Assembly (NCBI GenBank): GCA_032718475.1
Contig: JAUCBJ010000735.1
Location: 1 to 64,000 of the forward strand
Reading direction: 5' to 3'
DNA length: 64,000 bases
From: Nemertoderma westbladi
Lineage: Eukaryota; Animalia; Xenacoelomorpha
Both the position numbers and the translations under genes were made by a program. Positions within the stretch are counted from its first letter, which is position 1. Each line of letters starts with the position of its first letter. Positions 45,301 through 57,494 of the stretch are shown piece after piece. The notes below the pieces were generated by a model. The model saw only the letters and a program-made list of their open reading frames with translations, was not told the origin of the DNA and made no database searches.

Positions 45301-46110
45301 GGATGAGCATAAGCTCACTAATCTATAGTAAATCTATCTAATTTATAGCCTCCCCCTAGCGGCTGGCGGCCGAATTAAAGATTTCACTAAAATTGATACT
45401 ATTAGTCCCTCAATCTTGGTCCAAATTTCTTGAAACCAACTTTTTTGGGTCATCGACTCTTCAAAAGTTATCTTACAGAATTTTTAATTAGCCTTTTTTA
45501 TTTTAATTAATTAATTTAATTAATTAATTATCATATTTTTAATTAAAATTGGCTAATTAGAAAAAATGGTAATATTTATCAAAATTCCATAAGATAATGT
45601 TCACTGCGGGGGTTTTCGGGGTCGCTGATTTTATTTCCGATGTCAGTTTTAATTTTTAGTGGAATCTAGTCTATCTGTCTGTCTGTCGGTCTTCTGTCTT
45701 TCTTACAATTTGTCGGACAGATCGTCATACGGAAAAACAGTGATAACTCAAGAACTGAAAGAGGTCTCACTAAGCGGATTTCAGATTTGTAATCCTCATT
45801 AAATTCTGCTCTAGGTGAAATAAAGAATCAACAATTTGAAGATTTCACCTGAGGGGGTATACCACCCCCCCCCCCCCCCCCCCCCCCCCCTCCCACCCCC
45901 TTAATATAAGCCACGTGTGAAATGATTGAGATTTAATATGTATTTGAATCGATCGAAAATCTCGGTCCAAGATCGGAAACCAAGATAAAAAATTATCAGA
46001 GCACTGCGTAATGACGTCAAGTCATCCAAATCCAATCACATCCGATTTTCAAAATTGGCTTCCAGCGTTTACTTAAATCCGCCATTTCGACCGTTTCCAC
46101 GTGTTTTACA
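45300..46110. mobile_element. Unclassified repeat(s), possibly Helitron/Helentron-like, truncating the LINE
   Basis: ggggttttcggggtcgctgat motif, (gtct)n tract and tccgccattt motif; boundaries uncertain. Confidence 0.35.
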
Positions 46111-47429
46111 AAAAACACACCCTCCCACTCGGTTCAGAGTACCTTGTTACCCCTTATTCAATTGTTTCTAGCCCAACAATTTTTTCGCGCACCAACCCTA
46201 TTGAACCACCAACTGACCAAACACCTTTGTTGTACTGTAGCTTTCCTTTGCACTCTACAGCTAATTCTACATCACATGGCCCGAAAATAAAGTAATTAAG
46301 TTAGTAATTGGACACCATATGTGCTATATCATAATGTGGTCATTATTCCATTCCATTAACTTTCTTGGTATATGGTAGGCCTACAGTACTGTACATTCAG
46401 TTTAGCAGTTAGTCTAACAAAGCAGCAACCAAAAGAATGTCTGTTGTTCTCCCTGACAAGCGTATGTAATGATACTGTATTTTTACTTCAGCATGTATCA
46501 TATTGTGTGTGTAATCTACAATTATTGAAGCCATAAACGAATCAAAATAAAATACTGAGACTCTAGGGGTATGCCTAAATCATAATTACTGTCCGATTAT
46601 AACGGTGGTTGAATTGTAACAATTAATGCTATTTTATGAATACCCCACTACTGTAGCTCCCGCTTACCGTTTCATCTCTAATTTTGAGCTACCATCTACG
46701 CAGCCCAATAATGTAGTCGGCTGATGTGTAATTGTCTTAGTAGTCTCGTATACAGTATATCCACTGAGATTATTAATCCTCGACTGAGAGTGGCATAATA
46801 CAAGTTATTGGCAGTGTTTAAAAATTGGCCCGAAGTCATATTTTATCGGTCGAGATTATTAATTTATTGTCGACAGAGATTTTTAATTGGCCTTTTTAAT
46901 TGACACATTTATGGAAAACCATGGGTACAATGTACAGTACAATTACACTAACACCAGTAATCAAATAATTATAAATATATAACCATACGGTCAGTGACTA
47001 CTGTATTTTGTTATGTATAGAGTGAGAGTTGATCTAATAATATATAATAAATTATAATTTAGATTATATCATACTGTTTGTTCAAACTGTACTGTATTTC
47101 ATTATTATATGTGAAGTCGCTACGCAATCACGTATTTAATTGCTAGTGGTTTATACTGTGTGTTTAATAACGCCTGATTGGCTGATTGGTATAGGTTTGG
47201 CATTGTAATACTTGGACACATTGGAACTTTCTCCTCCCCCAGATTAGCCAATAGTATTGTCATGACAAGATAATAACCCCAGATAGACATGTAATGTACC
47301 GTGGTAAATGTAATACAGTAATTACGTAATATTATTAAAAATTCGGCAGTTACAGTATATATACATGTAAGTAAATAAGTTAATATATACACCGGGAAAC
47401 TGATAGATAGACTCCACCACTCGAGCGGC

Positions 47430-49190
47430 TGGTGATGGAGTCAACGCTGTATATATAAATAATAACGCCGTTGGACTTCTTAAATAATTTTTAGCGGATA
47501 GTGGTAGTGAAGTTAGTGTACTGTCTACACTTTATCCGATATCCGTCCAGTTCCAAACATTGTATTAAAAGCGGCCAACCAAACGCATAAAGCTTCTAGT
47601 AGACTGCACTAACAATAGATTAATTCCTCATATTCTCCAGCAATGATCCAACACAAAACAAAGATACAACCAACCGCAAGTCAAAAGTGAAGCAAATTAA
47701 TAAACCTGAAATCCAATCAACACCAACACTGTTCGCGCTTTTAGACTTTTAACAGTTTAACCTGTTAATTTATTTGTCTTATGATGTCTGACAGCCCGCA
47801 CAAAATATGACCTCAGCAGAAGCTATGTTTATTTTCAGTGAATACCAACAGTTCCTTTTAGGTGCTGCGCTCTAAATACCACGCAGAGATATGACTTATA
47901 GTAATTACAACGGATGGGCATGAGACCACACAGTATTTACATTCTTTAGGAATGTATAATTATTCGCTCGCACTTATGTCACTGAAAATAGTACTGAAAC
48001 ACATTAATTTGCTGACTGTCACCAATTTTAATCACAAGGAGAAATTTAACTCATGTACATTGGGGACTATGAAACATCATAAACTCATACAAACCACTGT
48101 TATTTGAGCTAGGCAATTGTGAATAGTATTCCCTTCCGCTTAACTCAATAATAAAGAAAACCAAGAGAACTACCGGTTATTCATAAGTATTCTCCAACTA
48201 TTAGCATTAATCAATATGTTACAAATCACAGTATTATAACAATATAAATTACATGGTGTGTGGCATTTAATCATCAGTCTGATGTTGTGCTATGAGAGTT
48301 GAGAGAGAGTACGAGATATATTTACTGTGTTTGATAGTTCCCTGACACTCTAGCCACATGGTGTTTTGGGCTAAGTCAGAAATGTCAGAATGAATGATTT
48401 CGTCACATTACGGTATACAATACATATGTAAACAAAGAATTCGCAAAGTGAAAATCGCGCTGATTGGCCGAAATGTAACAAATATAACACAGTTTCTACA
48501 CATAAGGAAACAGCTGGTAAATTTCGTCATGTTAGTTCTGGATTAAGACAGACGCGTAGTTGCATAAGTTTATACTTCCTCCAATACCTTAGAACAATGT
48601 TGGCCTTTTTAGAGTAGTTTGTGAATTGCACAAAAACGCTACATTTTTGCCGCAAAAGCTTTAACACCAACAATTCGAAGAATAACAGTAGAAAATGAAA
48701 AGGTCAACGGTAAGGTTAATGACCTCTTGGACAAATACCCAGACATATTTAAACCCGTAAATATTTCCCAACCCATTAAACATGATATAGAACATAATAT
48801 TCTCACTACTGGACTTCCATCGCATTTTAAAGCAAGGCGACTTTTTGGCGAACGTTTGGATGAGGTAAAGAAGGTATTTGCTAATTAGGAATCCCAAGGT
48901 ATTCGCTACCGTGGTGAATCCCCATATGCATCACCATTACATATGGTTCCACAACCAAACTCGTAAACGACACCATTTTGCACTTGCGGTGATAACCCCG
49001 GTTTAAATGCTCAAACAATTCCAGATAGATATCCTATGCCGAATTGAAGCGAAATATTAGGTGCTCTACATGAGTCTACGATATTTTCCAAATTAGATTT
49101 ACAATCTGCTTAAACTTAAATACCAATAGCAAAAGATGATCAACATAAAGCAGCAGTCATTACCCCATTTGGTATGTATATTTTTCGGAC
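47430..49190 (+). pseudogene. Degenerate Gypsy PR-RT relic related to the intronic Gypsy, interrupted by a solo LTR
   Basis: FLADSGSEVSVL, KLLVDCTNNRLI, then after the insert KYPDIFKPVNIS, GESPYASPLHMVPQPNS, PDRYPMPN, FSKLDL; close to the 17187-20054 sequence. Confidence 0.8.
47730..48666 (-). mobile_element. Diverged solo LTR of a BEL1-related family
   Basis: Begins tgttcgcgcttttagacttttaacagtttaacctg and ends cgcaaaagctttaaca like the BEL1 LTR, with patchy internal similarity. TSD not clean. Confidence 0.8.
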
Positions 49191-50020
49191 AAAAATCCCA
49201 TAGAAAATCTACAACATCTAGACTCCATATTACATTGTTTAATGTAAAAAAAACTCAAAAAGACTGTTACTTTTAATTAATAAAGAAAAATCAAGATGCT
49301 ATTTTAAAATAACTGATGCTCCACATCTTATACGGGGGGTGTGGTATAATGTGCTGTATTTTGATTGATTATAGTAAAAAGACATTTTATATTACAGTAG
49401 AAGATGCAAACACAACTACCGGTACTAAAGTAAGATAATTTTTATGTATCTGCTAGTGCTGTAGTGTTAGTAATCTGATTTAAATATTTGTAAGCAGTAA
49501 GAATAACTAACTGAAAATTAATTGATCAATAAATTAGCTTGCTTTTTAGCTGAAACTTTGCAATATTAACTGTCTATCTGTTTAGCACATATTTAGAAAA
49601 ATATATTGTAAACAATCTTGTAATATTATTATTTTTGCAGAGGGCCATAACACTTGGCAACAATTGATGTGTATTGGCAGCCTGTTTCGGATTGAGCAAT
49701 ACCTAGCAGAGATGCGTATGCTAGTGTATCAGTACTACATGGAGGGGAACATTGGCCATGACAATTATGTATTCTTCAAACATATTTGGACCTCATATAA
49801 GCTGGAAAACACGATGTCAATTATTTATTACCAACCAGTTAAACTCTATGTTACGGACCACTTAGAAGTGGACACAGCGGTGTCAGCAGAGTAAGTTTTG
49901 TTGTGAGCCTGAAATGTTAGCCATGAATCAGTGAGCGGTATTGGTTGTGTACTGCAGCTACCTGCTTTCGAAACATAGGCCTAGCCCTATTATTTTCAAT
50001 TTCGAATTTTGCGTATCGAT

Positions 50021-50078
50021 TGTAAAAGCTTTTGCGGAATTAGCTGGTTATTTTCCCCGCAAAGTACTCTGTATTTGG
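50021..50078 (+). mobile_element. First 58 bp of a BEL1-family LTR in the opposite orientation, cut off by BEL2
   Basis: tgtaaaagcttttgcggaattagctggttattttccccgcaaagtactctgta closely matches the reverse complement of the BEL1 LTR end (about 27553-27606). Confidence 0.85.
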
Positions 50079-51565
50079 TGTAAGGTCCAGTAGTATACCG
50101 CTTACCGGATCCTAGTAACGATGTATCTTACCGTAAGATCTAGTAATGTATACGGGCTCGTACAGTATCTGACAACAAATCCCAGTCCAGGATATCTAAA
50201 CAAACAGATACAATACACAAACGACTACTGGCGAGGAACAGAGCCTAGTGTCTATTCTATGTACGTGAGCGGGTCTAATGCCTACGAAACTAGACAAAAG
50301 GATACCTGTCCTCTAACCGGTGAGGCAGATGTACAGTTACAGTAACAGACCAAACTCACGGGAAAACAATCCCCGCGCAGCGAATCCTAACTATCACTGA
50401 CAGTCCTAAATACCGTAACTTGCCGCGGTGTGATTTATATGGTTTATATACGAGCTAGTGGGTTAACAGACCTAGCGTAACAACACTGATTCAGTCCTAA
50501 ATCAGTCGAAAGAGGGTCGTGCCTAATGTAACAATACTGCTGAACAGGAAACAACAGTTTAATAACGAAAATGAAATGCTCTCTCTTGCCGTAACTAAAT
50601 ATCAGATCCTAATTTACAAATACAGATAATTTCTACCTAAAGTAATATATAGTACGCTATAACTAGTAGAACTCTAAGGGCGAATATGTTTTAGGGCGTG
50701 TGTGTGTGGGTGTGTTACAAATAAAACAATTTCATGTATCTCCTTTCACTAGGTTTTAGTGATTTTCTGACCGAAATGATACCGTGCGCTAGCTACTAAA
50801 ATAAACTAGTCGCGTTTTGTAGAACTTTATACTCACAAATGACGTCAAAGCTCTCTTCTTCCTATCCACAACTCAATGGGCAACCACGGTGTTAGTAACT
50901 ACACCCGTGATCGGCACTAATACCAGATTCTGGTTGTAAGATAAGAAATAGGGGTTAATCGCTACCGTACGTTAGCTGATCTGGTATACTAATTTAATTC
51001 TAGAACTTTGTTGCCGCGGTAGTTAGCAGCAATACCTATCAGTACGTGGCAAGGCGCGGTAGGATATTAATAAAACCTCCCTAGGCCAAGCAGTGTGCCG
51101 GTAGCAGAAATACTCCTTGCCTGATCAAATAACTAACTCCAGACAGGGGGGGGGGGGGGGGGGTACTAATGTACGTTCTACAAAGCGAACCGGTACCAAA
51201 CAGTCAGTACTACGAATCACTAAATTATGGAACATATGCTGTCCGTACCTATGTACTCGCGTACTGACGAATGGCAATAGTTCGCACCTGTGAGAAGTAC
51301 AGGTTAACCCAGGGGTTCGCAGGACTGACAAAGGGGGGGGGGGGGGGGGGGGGTTCCTGTCTAAATATAATTATTTGATCCTAAATTTTGCGGCGTCCAG
51401 GACGGCGTCACGCTTACCCTGATCTATAGGTCTTACGGCGGGCAAGGGCGTCGAACAAAGTCTTACCTTTCTCACAAAGCGGGCGCTGCATGGCAAGTTG
51501 AGCATTTCGAAGGGCAAAGGGGGTGCGCGGTCAAATCCAAAGTGGGCGCTAGCGTGTTGTGGACA
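50079..51565 (-). repeat. Putative BEL2 3' LTR
   Basis: Sense PPT-like gcaggggaaaga directly before TGTCCAC (51565), and ...CCTTACA at 50079. The partner LTR is not in the window. Confidence 0.5.
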
Positions 51566-52117
51566 TCTTTCCCCTGCGTTGCTGACGGCCTAACGGTCTA
51601 GGCTGCCATCTTCCCGATGTTTGGCTGTCCCAAAGTTGGACCAAAAGAAAACATGTTCAGGAATTTGCAGTATATTTACAGTTTAGCAAAGGATTTATCA
51701 AACAGATTTAACAAAGTTTCAACAAGAAACCAAATAAACTAATAACAATGATATAAGAAGATACTAGTGAAGTATAAGGTGTAAGGGTCAAAATGATAAG
51801 GTGATAACCGAAGGCAAACCGGCCTTTTTATACTAAATATCGCACATGGAAACCAAACAGAATTTTCCACAGCTTCACATTTGAGCAATAAAGTGTTTCG
51901 TGCCCTATGATTGGCCCAGCTCATCGTTCAACGCAGTCCGGCCCTGACACTAAATCTGGGACATGGAATCCTAACAGAATTTTCCATGGCCTCACATTTG
52001 AGCAATAAGATATTTTATGCCCCATGATTGGCCTGGCTCATCGTTCGCTACGTTGTACGCTTCTCATTGGTCCACCAATTAGCACCAAACGAAAATAAAT
52101 GGCCCCAAAATACAAAT

Positions 52118-52190
52118 TTCCCGACCAGGATTCGAACTTGTAACCTATCTGTAATGTAACCAACGCCTTAACCATCTGACCACTACGCCA
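52118..52190 (-). other. tRNA-like Pol III A/B-box sequence in the BEL2 3' non-coding region
   Basis: ggcgtagtggtcagatggttaaggcg...agttcgaatcctggtcggg; acceptor and anticodon stems do not pair well. Confidence 0.5.
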
Positions 52191-52736
52191 CGAGAGTACC
52201 TAGGGGCTTTATGTGTACAAATATAAATAGGCAATATTACATTACTGTAACTTAATCAAAATGCGTCGGATTTTCGAAAGTTTTTACGTTAAAGTTAAAC
52301 TACATATGCTATCTTATAGTGAAATAATTCATCACCGCTCCATGAAAACAGTAAGTAAGACTGTTTTCACCAATCGAAATATAAAATGTTTACAAACTAC
52401 TTATAAATCTACTGGTAGGGCCTAAAATATAAAATATAATCACTATCTAATTATTGCATACTTAATATTGCAGATACGGCGTAAATACAATCGATCGTAC
52501 ATACAAATACAAATTTACTAATTAACTTTAGTGCCTAAAATACAAAAAAGGCTTTCGGTTATCAAGGTAAGCAAATTAAACAAATCAGAACAAATAAATC
52601 AAAACAAATCGAACAAATAATTGTAACTCTTTCAATAAATCTTTACATATTGTAAATATACATAATAAACTTCCACCAAATTAAATCAGTTCAAATATAA
52701 TATAAACACAATGCGCTAATAACTTTCAAATGAGTC

Positions 52737-55700
52737 TTAAAGGGTCCTCCTGACAAGCTTAAAAGTTCGTCCTACTGGTCTGGATATCTTCTCCTGAGCA
52801 CTAATTGCTAACGGTAGGCTCGCAAGCCTTCCTTTCCATATCTCGCTCCTCCAAACCCAACATTCAAACATAATGTCCAATATAAATATCCAAATATAAT
52901 ATCCAAATATAATATCCAAATATAATATCCAAATATAATATCCAAATATAATATCCAAATATAATATCCAAATATAATATCCAAATATAATATCCAAATA
53001 TAATATCCAAATCGGTAGGCTCGCAAGCCTTCCTTCTTCTCGCTTCCTATTCCTTCGCTGAGCGGGCTCGTCCACGTCCTCTAGTGCGATTGGGGGTGGT
53101 CGAGGTCGAACTGGGCTCGGACTTCGGCGTCGAGTCGTCGGTGGTTCCAAAACGCTAGGAAAGGGGACGACGGGAGTTTCGCACATCCATTGTGCGCTCA
53201 ATCCTCTAAATCCTCGTCCGATTCCAACTGTCGGCTTAACATCGGATCGAGTCTCCATAACGCTAGGAGGAAGTCGAAAGGGTGGGACTGTTCCATCCGC
53301 TGACACCTCGCTCTCTGACGTCGTTTGAATCCTAATGGGTTCAGGCAAAGCGTATCCTGTCCCTCCGCGTGGTTCTCTAGCAAGGGAAACCGTGCCCCGA
53401 GTCATCCGGATTTGCGACTTCGATGTCGTCCTCTCGGCGACATTTACTATCTTCTTTATCTCTTGTCCGGCCTTCTGGGCTTTGAGTATACGAAATTGCT
53501 GATCATCCTGTGGGTGACGCGTCTTCTCTATTAACGGCGTGGCCTTGAAGCCAGTCTCACGCAAAACGTCGGTCTCGTCTAGAATACACGAGCTTACGCG
53601 TTTGTGATAAAATGCGCTCCGGTATGCCCAAGCTATCGAATGCCAGGCTCCTCGATTCCGCTGTTCAACTCGCAGTTTATCGAATTCTCCGGCGGTAATC
53701 TTGTTCACCACAGTTTGAAAGTTCCAAGTATTCTTGTTGTCAGGGTGCTCTTGTAAGAAATAGTCCCGCTCAACTTTGAATCCACTGTCCAATGGCAATA
53801 TATCCAATACCTCCAACAATTCATCATACTGAGGCATAGCCGATACATATCCTTCCTTTGACATTATGAGAGGGTTTACGGCCCAAAATCCCAAATGTGC
53901 TCTCATAGGGAAGCGGCGTCGCTGCGTCGATACATGCTCGTCTGCTAGATCCTCCCAATGGTCGAATAATTGTCGAACGATTTTAACTGACATGTGCTCA
54001 TAGGGGATGTCTCTAAGTTGACATTCGGATGCCCTATGGCCCTTAATATTACAATAAGTACACTGCGCCACGAAATGCCAGCAAGTGTAGAAAGTGTGCG
54101 AACGTTGATCCCCGCACCATTTACATACTAAATCCGGTAGAGATATGTGCTTCGCTCCGCATTTCTTTGCGTGATGGCCAGTTGCTCCGCATCTGCCACA
54201 AATAGTGTTGGCAGGATACCAAACTCGCTCATAGATGAGATCTCCGATGGGGCGAGCGCTACCGTCCACGTGATAATTCTCATCATCCGGGTCAGTCGGT
54301 ATGTTCGTCTCCGTAGGTTGTACACAAACCATGGCATCGCTTTTCTCCAACTCGCGTATCTCAGTTCGCGTCTTCCTCGGAAGGTTCTCCTCTATCTCTA
54401 TGAGTTGCCGTAACGGTTCGTCTATTAGCGCCAACTCGGTCGGATCCACATCGTCGTGATGGGCGGTAGGCTCGCGAGCGTTCCAGGATCCTTCCGGGCG
54501 TTCGAATTCCGCGTGGCGTTCCCCGTCGTAGGGTACTAACGTTAACATCGACGGTCTGTCGACTAGACTTCCCGCGTGAGTGAGATAGACGTCCCTGAAA
54601 ACGCTAAGTCCCGCTCGCGTGAAAACTTCGCAGTACGCATCGGTGTTATAAAAGTGTTGGAGAAATCGTTGGAATACATCAGTATGCGTCCTTCCTCCCT
54701 CGTAAAAGGTATGTCCTTCGCCAAGACATAACGGGTGTCGATTTAGGGTTCTGGATACTACATCCGCGATGAAACAAACGTTAACCGAAGATTCTATCGC
54801 TAAATAGTATTGCAAGATTATCCGCGGAGGTGAAGTAATCACCCAATACACGCAACCTCGCCACTTCAACTGTGACTCGAACTCGTTTACGCCGGGGGTA
54901 TCTCCCTCTCCGTATACGTCCGTGTATTTGCTCCTCTTACTCTCCTTGTAATCCCAACTGAACATTAGATATGAGATATAACCCGTCCCAGTTTTTAGTG
55001 TGTTATACTCCCTAAAATATCCTTGCTCAATAGCCCAAAGCAACAATGGTCTAGTATCCACGTATGGCGTAGGCAATCGGTCCTCTTCCGTGGGCATCCC
55101 TGCAAAGTCGCTAATAAGGTCATCCCGTACACCGGATCCGATCTTGACGATGCTCTTATCCAACACAACGTCTCGCACGGCCTTTGGCAACATCCTAGCT
55201 TCTATGCTACAAGCCAGGTCCATGGATTTAACTATCCGTTTTATCATCGCGTGTCTTTGCGTCGTTCCTTCCGGCATAGGCATCTTCCTATCACTCCTCT
55301 GTCGGCTGAAGACATGTAACACGCCATCTGGTGCTCTAATCTGTATAGTCTTCGAAGTGAGGCTTTGCTGATGGCTTCCTCCTTCATTATCGTAAAACAT
55401 ATAACCATTCTCCTTCAGAGATCGGCTAGTCACGTCCCAATCGTCGAGTAAATCGTCGGTAGGGTTCCAAATTCTCCCAATCGACTTTTCATCATCGAAA
55501 CTAATAGGTTTACCGGTCCAATTGGTCGCGATATCGGTGTCGGTCTCAAACGTTCCAACTCCGATCCATAATCGAATCATCTTCGTCAGATATCCTCGCA
55601 AGATACAAGGTGCGATATCCGTCCCCGCGCGATCCACTTCTTTAAAGTCCGTAATATGTGGAGGCACGTTGCGTACGATTTTTTGAACTATTACTTTACG

Positions 55701-55970
55701 CAACTCGGCTGACTCTAACACATCACCGAAGGTAACCGATGGGAGGAAATCCAGGTTCGAGATGATCTCCGGGTGTTCAACTATAGGGATCTCGTAAGTT
55801 GTCTCCTTCCGGGTCGGTATACTAATAGGAAAACTAGTTGGTCTCGCAACCAGTACTATCGCTCCAGTAGAATGGGGCTGAGGTTCTCGCGTCATCTCGA
55901 CATGAGGTATCTGTAGTCTCTGCGACAAACGCTGAGCAAAGGTGATACTATCGAAGAGCTCGGGTGTCAT
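52737..55970 (-). CDS. BEL2 accessory ORF B: DEDDy 3'-5' exonuclease-like domain, three zinc knuckles and disordered tail
   Basis: MFYDNEG (ExoI D-x-E), TIQIR, LPKAVRDVVLDKSIVKIGSGVRDDL..DF (ExoII), YVDTRPLL, YYLAIES (ExoIII-like); CGRCGATGHHAKKC, CKWC...H...C, CTYCNIKGHRASEC. The last ~90 aa are read-through of repeats. Confidence 0.8.
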   Translation of the reverse strand: MTPELFDSITFAQRLSQRLQIPHVEMTREPQPHSTGAIVLVARPTSFPISIPTRKETTYEIPIVEHPEIISNLDFLPSVTFGDVLESAELRKVIVQKIVRNVPPHITDFKEVDRAGTDIAPCILRGYLTKMIRLWIGVGTFETDTDIATNWTGKPISFDDEKSIGRIWNPTDDLLDDWDVTSRSLKENGYMFYDNEGGSHQQSLTSKTIQIRAPDGVLHVFSRQRSDRKMPMPEGTTQRHAMIKRIVKSMDLACSIEARMLPKAVRDVVLDKSIVKIGSGVRDDLISDFAGMPTEEDRLPTPYVDTRPLLLWAIEQGYFREYNTLKTGTGYISYLMFSWDYKESKRSKYTDVYGEGDTPGVNEFESQLKWRGCVYWVITSPPRIILQYYLAIESSVNVCFIADVVSRTLNRHPLCLGEGHTFYEGGRTHTDVFQRFLQHFYNTDAYCEVFTRAGLSVFRDVYLTHAGSLVDRPSMLTLVPYDGERHAEFERPEGSWNAREPTAHHDDVDPTELALIDEPLRQLIEIEENLPRKTRTEIRELEKSDAMVCVQPTETNIPTDPDDENYHVDGSARPIGDLIYERVWYPANTICGRCGATGHHAKKCGAKHISLPDLVCKWCGDQRSHTFYTCWHFVAQCTYCNIKGHRASECQLRDIPYEHMSVKIVRQLFDHWEDLADEHVSTQRRRFPMRAHLGFWAVNPLIMSKEGYVSAMPQYDELLEVLDILPLDSGFKVERDYFLQEHPDNKNTWNFQTVVNKITAGEFDKLRVEQRNRGAWHSIAWAYRSAFYHKRVSSCILDETDVLRETGFKATPLIEKTRHPQDDQQFRILKAQKAGQEIKKIVNVAERTTSKSQIRMTRGTVSLAREPRGGTGYALPEPIRIQTTSESEVSADGTVPPFRLPPSVMETRSDVKPTVGIGRGFRGLSAQWMCETPVVPFPSVLEPPTTRRRSPSPVRPRPPPIALEDVDEPAQRRNRKREEGRLASLPIWILYLDIIFGYYIWILYLDIIFGYYIWILYLDIIFGYYIWIFILDIMFECWVWRSEIWKGRLASLPLAISAQEKISRPVGRTFKLVRRTL
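52870..53012. repeat. 13-bp tandem repeat (atatccaaatata)n
   Basis: About 10 copies between two hairpin motifs; gives the YYIWILYLDIIFG translation. Confidence 0.9.
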
Positions 55971-56766
55971 CTCCTTGGGTTCGGTTTGATCGTGGGATAT
56001 CCAATAGAATGGTAGGCTCGCGAGCCTTCCGCCGAACTCCTCGATCTCGCCTTTCTTCCCGTTTCTCTTGTGTCGACTTATTAGACTCGTCCACTACCAT
56101 GCTGTAGACGTCTGGTTCGACTAATTTGGGTTCGTAAATAACGATCTCACCCGCGTTCGGTCCACTCATTTTAAACGAATGATACGGATTTGTCAAAGGG
56201 TATCCGCCTTCTTGGTAACGTAGACTTTGGTGGTGTGAACATCGCGCTAATATCGGCTCGGGGTTCTCCGAGTTCAACCGCATAGGAATTGCGTTGTCTT
56301 GCTCGCGCATACATGCTCCACATTTATAAAACAGTTTGTATATGGAGAACGCGTCCTTGGTCTCTGGATCCGCTCCTCGAGCGCGTCTATAAAGATGCAT
56401 TCCTTCAAATTCGTCTCTAGCTGCGGGTAAGGGTTCATTTACTGTCAAATATTGCAGCGTATGATACAATCGGCGTATTTCGGTGTCTGGATCCTCGCAA
56501 ATGTCGCTAGCGTCGCATAACGCATCGTAGGGATATAACGCATTGAACTCCGCGCGTAATTCCTCCGTTCTTTTGTTGTATGCGTCCAACCGCTGTCGCG
56601 TAACATTCGGGGCCGCCTTGGATTTAGCGAGCTTGGCCGTACTCCTAGCCATACTCTCCACTCCAAACACACTAAAGTTTTTAGCTCCATAAAGATTGAA
56701 TGGTGCCTGGTGCTCTTGTTCTTGCGTAAACCCTTGACATAACTCTTTATACATCTTCTCCGCCAT
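55948..56766 (-). CDS. BEL2 accessory ORF A, unknown Zn-binding protein
   Basis: DPDTEIRRLYHTLQYLTVNEPLP...FYKCGAC...RCSHH is homologous to BEL1 ORF A. Confidence 0.78.
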   Translation of the reverse strand: MAEKMYKELCQGFTQEQEHQAPFNLYGAKNFSVFGVESMARSTAKLAKSKAAPNVTRQRLDAYNKRTEELRAEFNALYPYDALCDASDICEDPDTEIRRLYHTLQYLTVNEPLPAARDEFEGMHLYRRARGADPETKDAFSIYKLFYKCGACMREQDNAIPMRLNSENPEPILARCSHHQSLRYQEGGYPLTNPYHSFKMSGPNAGEIVIYEPKLVEPDVYSMVVDESNKSTQEKREERRDRGVRRKAREPTILLDIPRSNRTQGDDTRALR

Positions 56767-57494
56767 CGTATATGAATATATATGTGGTTACATATCGTTA
56801 CGTTTCTACTAGATGAAGCACAAAATAGAGGTTAGATGTGAGGTGACTTAGAGTTTGTCGGCTTTTGGCTCAACTCTGCTCTAAACCCCAACCCATTTGC
56901 CTAATGATTTCGGGTTCGCGTGATTTTGCACTGGCTCCTAATCCAAAAAATGTGCCGATAAAAAACGAATTCCGGGTAAACTAGCCTTTTAATTTCACCT
57001 TTTAATTTCCCATGCTACATTCCCCAAGAAAATAGTGCAGTCGAGAATTAATTGGTCTAAATAATAGTAGACACGACTACGTAGAACAAGGCCGATTTTC
57101 TTTTCCAAAAAAAAATTTTTCGGTAGGCTCGCAAGCCTTCCATCCGCTCTTGTCCTCCCCAATTTTAATTTTTATCTAGCTGTATTCTAGAATTTGCTTT
57201 CACTGGAGAATCGTTTTTCTTAAATTTAAATCCAAATAAATGGATTTGTCTAATAATTTTTGAAAAATTGTCTCACTTGTGGGTTCCAAGTGGAATTCCA
57301 TTCCTACTGTACACACAATCCCGCTCCTATGTGATACATAAGGGTACTACCCTCCATGTTCACGTATAAAGACAATGGAATTCCACTGCTGTCTCTATCT
57401 ACAGTGAAGAGGATTACAAATGCACGTACAGTAATACAAATACAAATAATTAAAATACAGTAGGTCTATGTGGCGGCCAATCAAGGTCCCACAT

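Noticed and set aside
51145-51355. Long G homopolymers as a polypurine tract or G-quadruplex signal
   Set aside because: They are on the wrong strand for the BEL2 PPT, and similar G/C runs occur elsewhere (18912, 45865) as simple slippage tracts.
52808-53026. Hydrophobic YYIWILYLDIIFG repeats as an env transmembrane anchor
   Set aside because: They are the translation of a 13-bp DNA tandem repeat cycling through frames; there is no signal peptide and no equivalent in BEL1.
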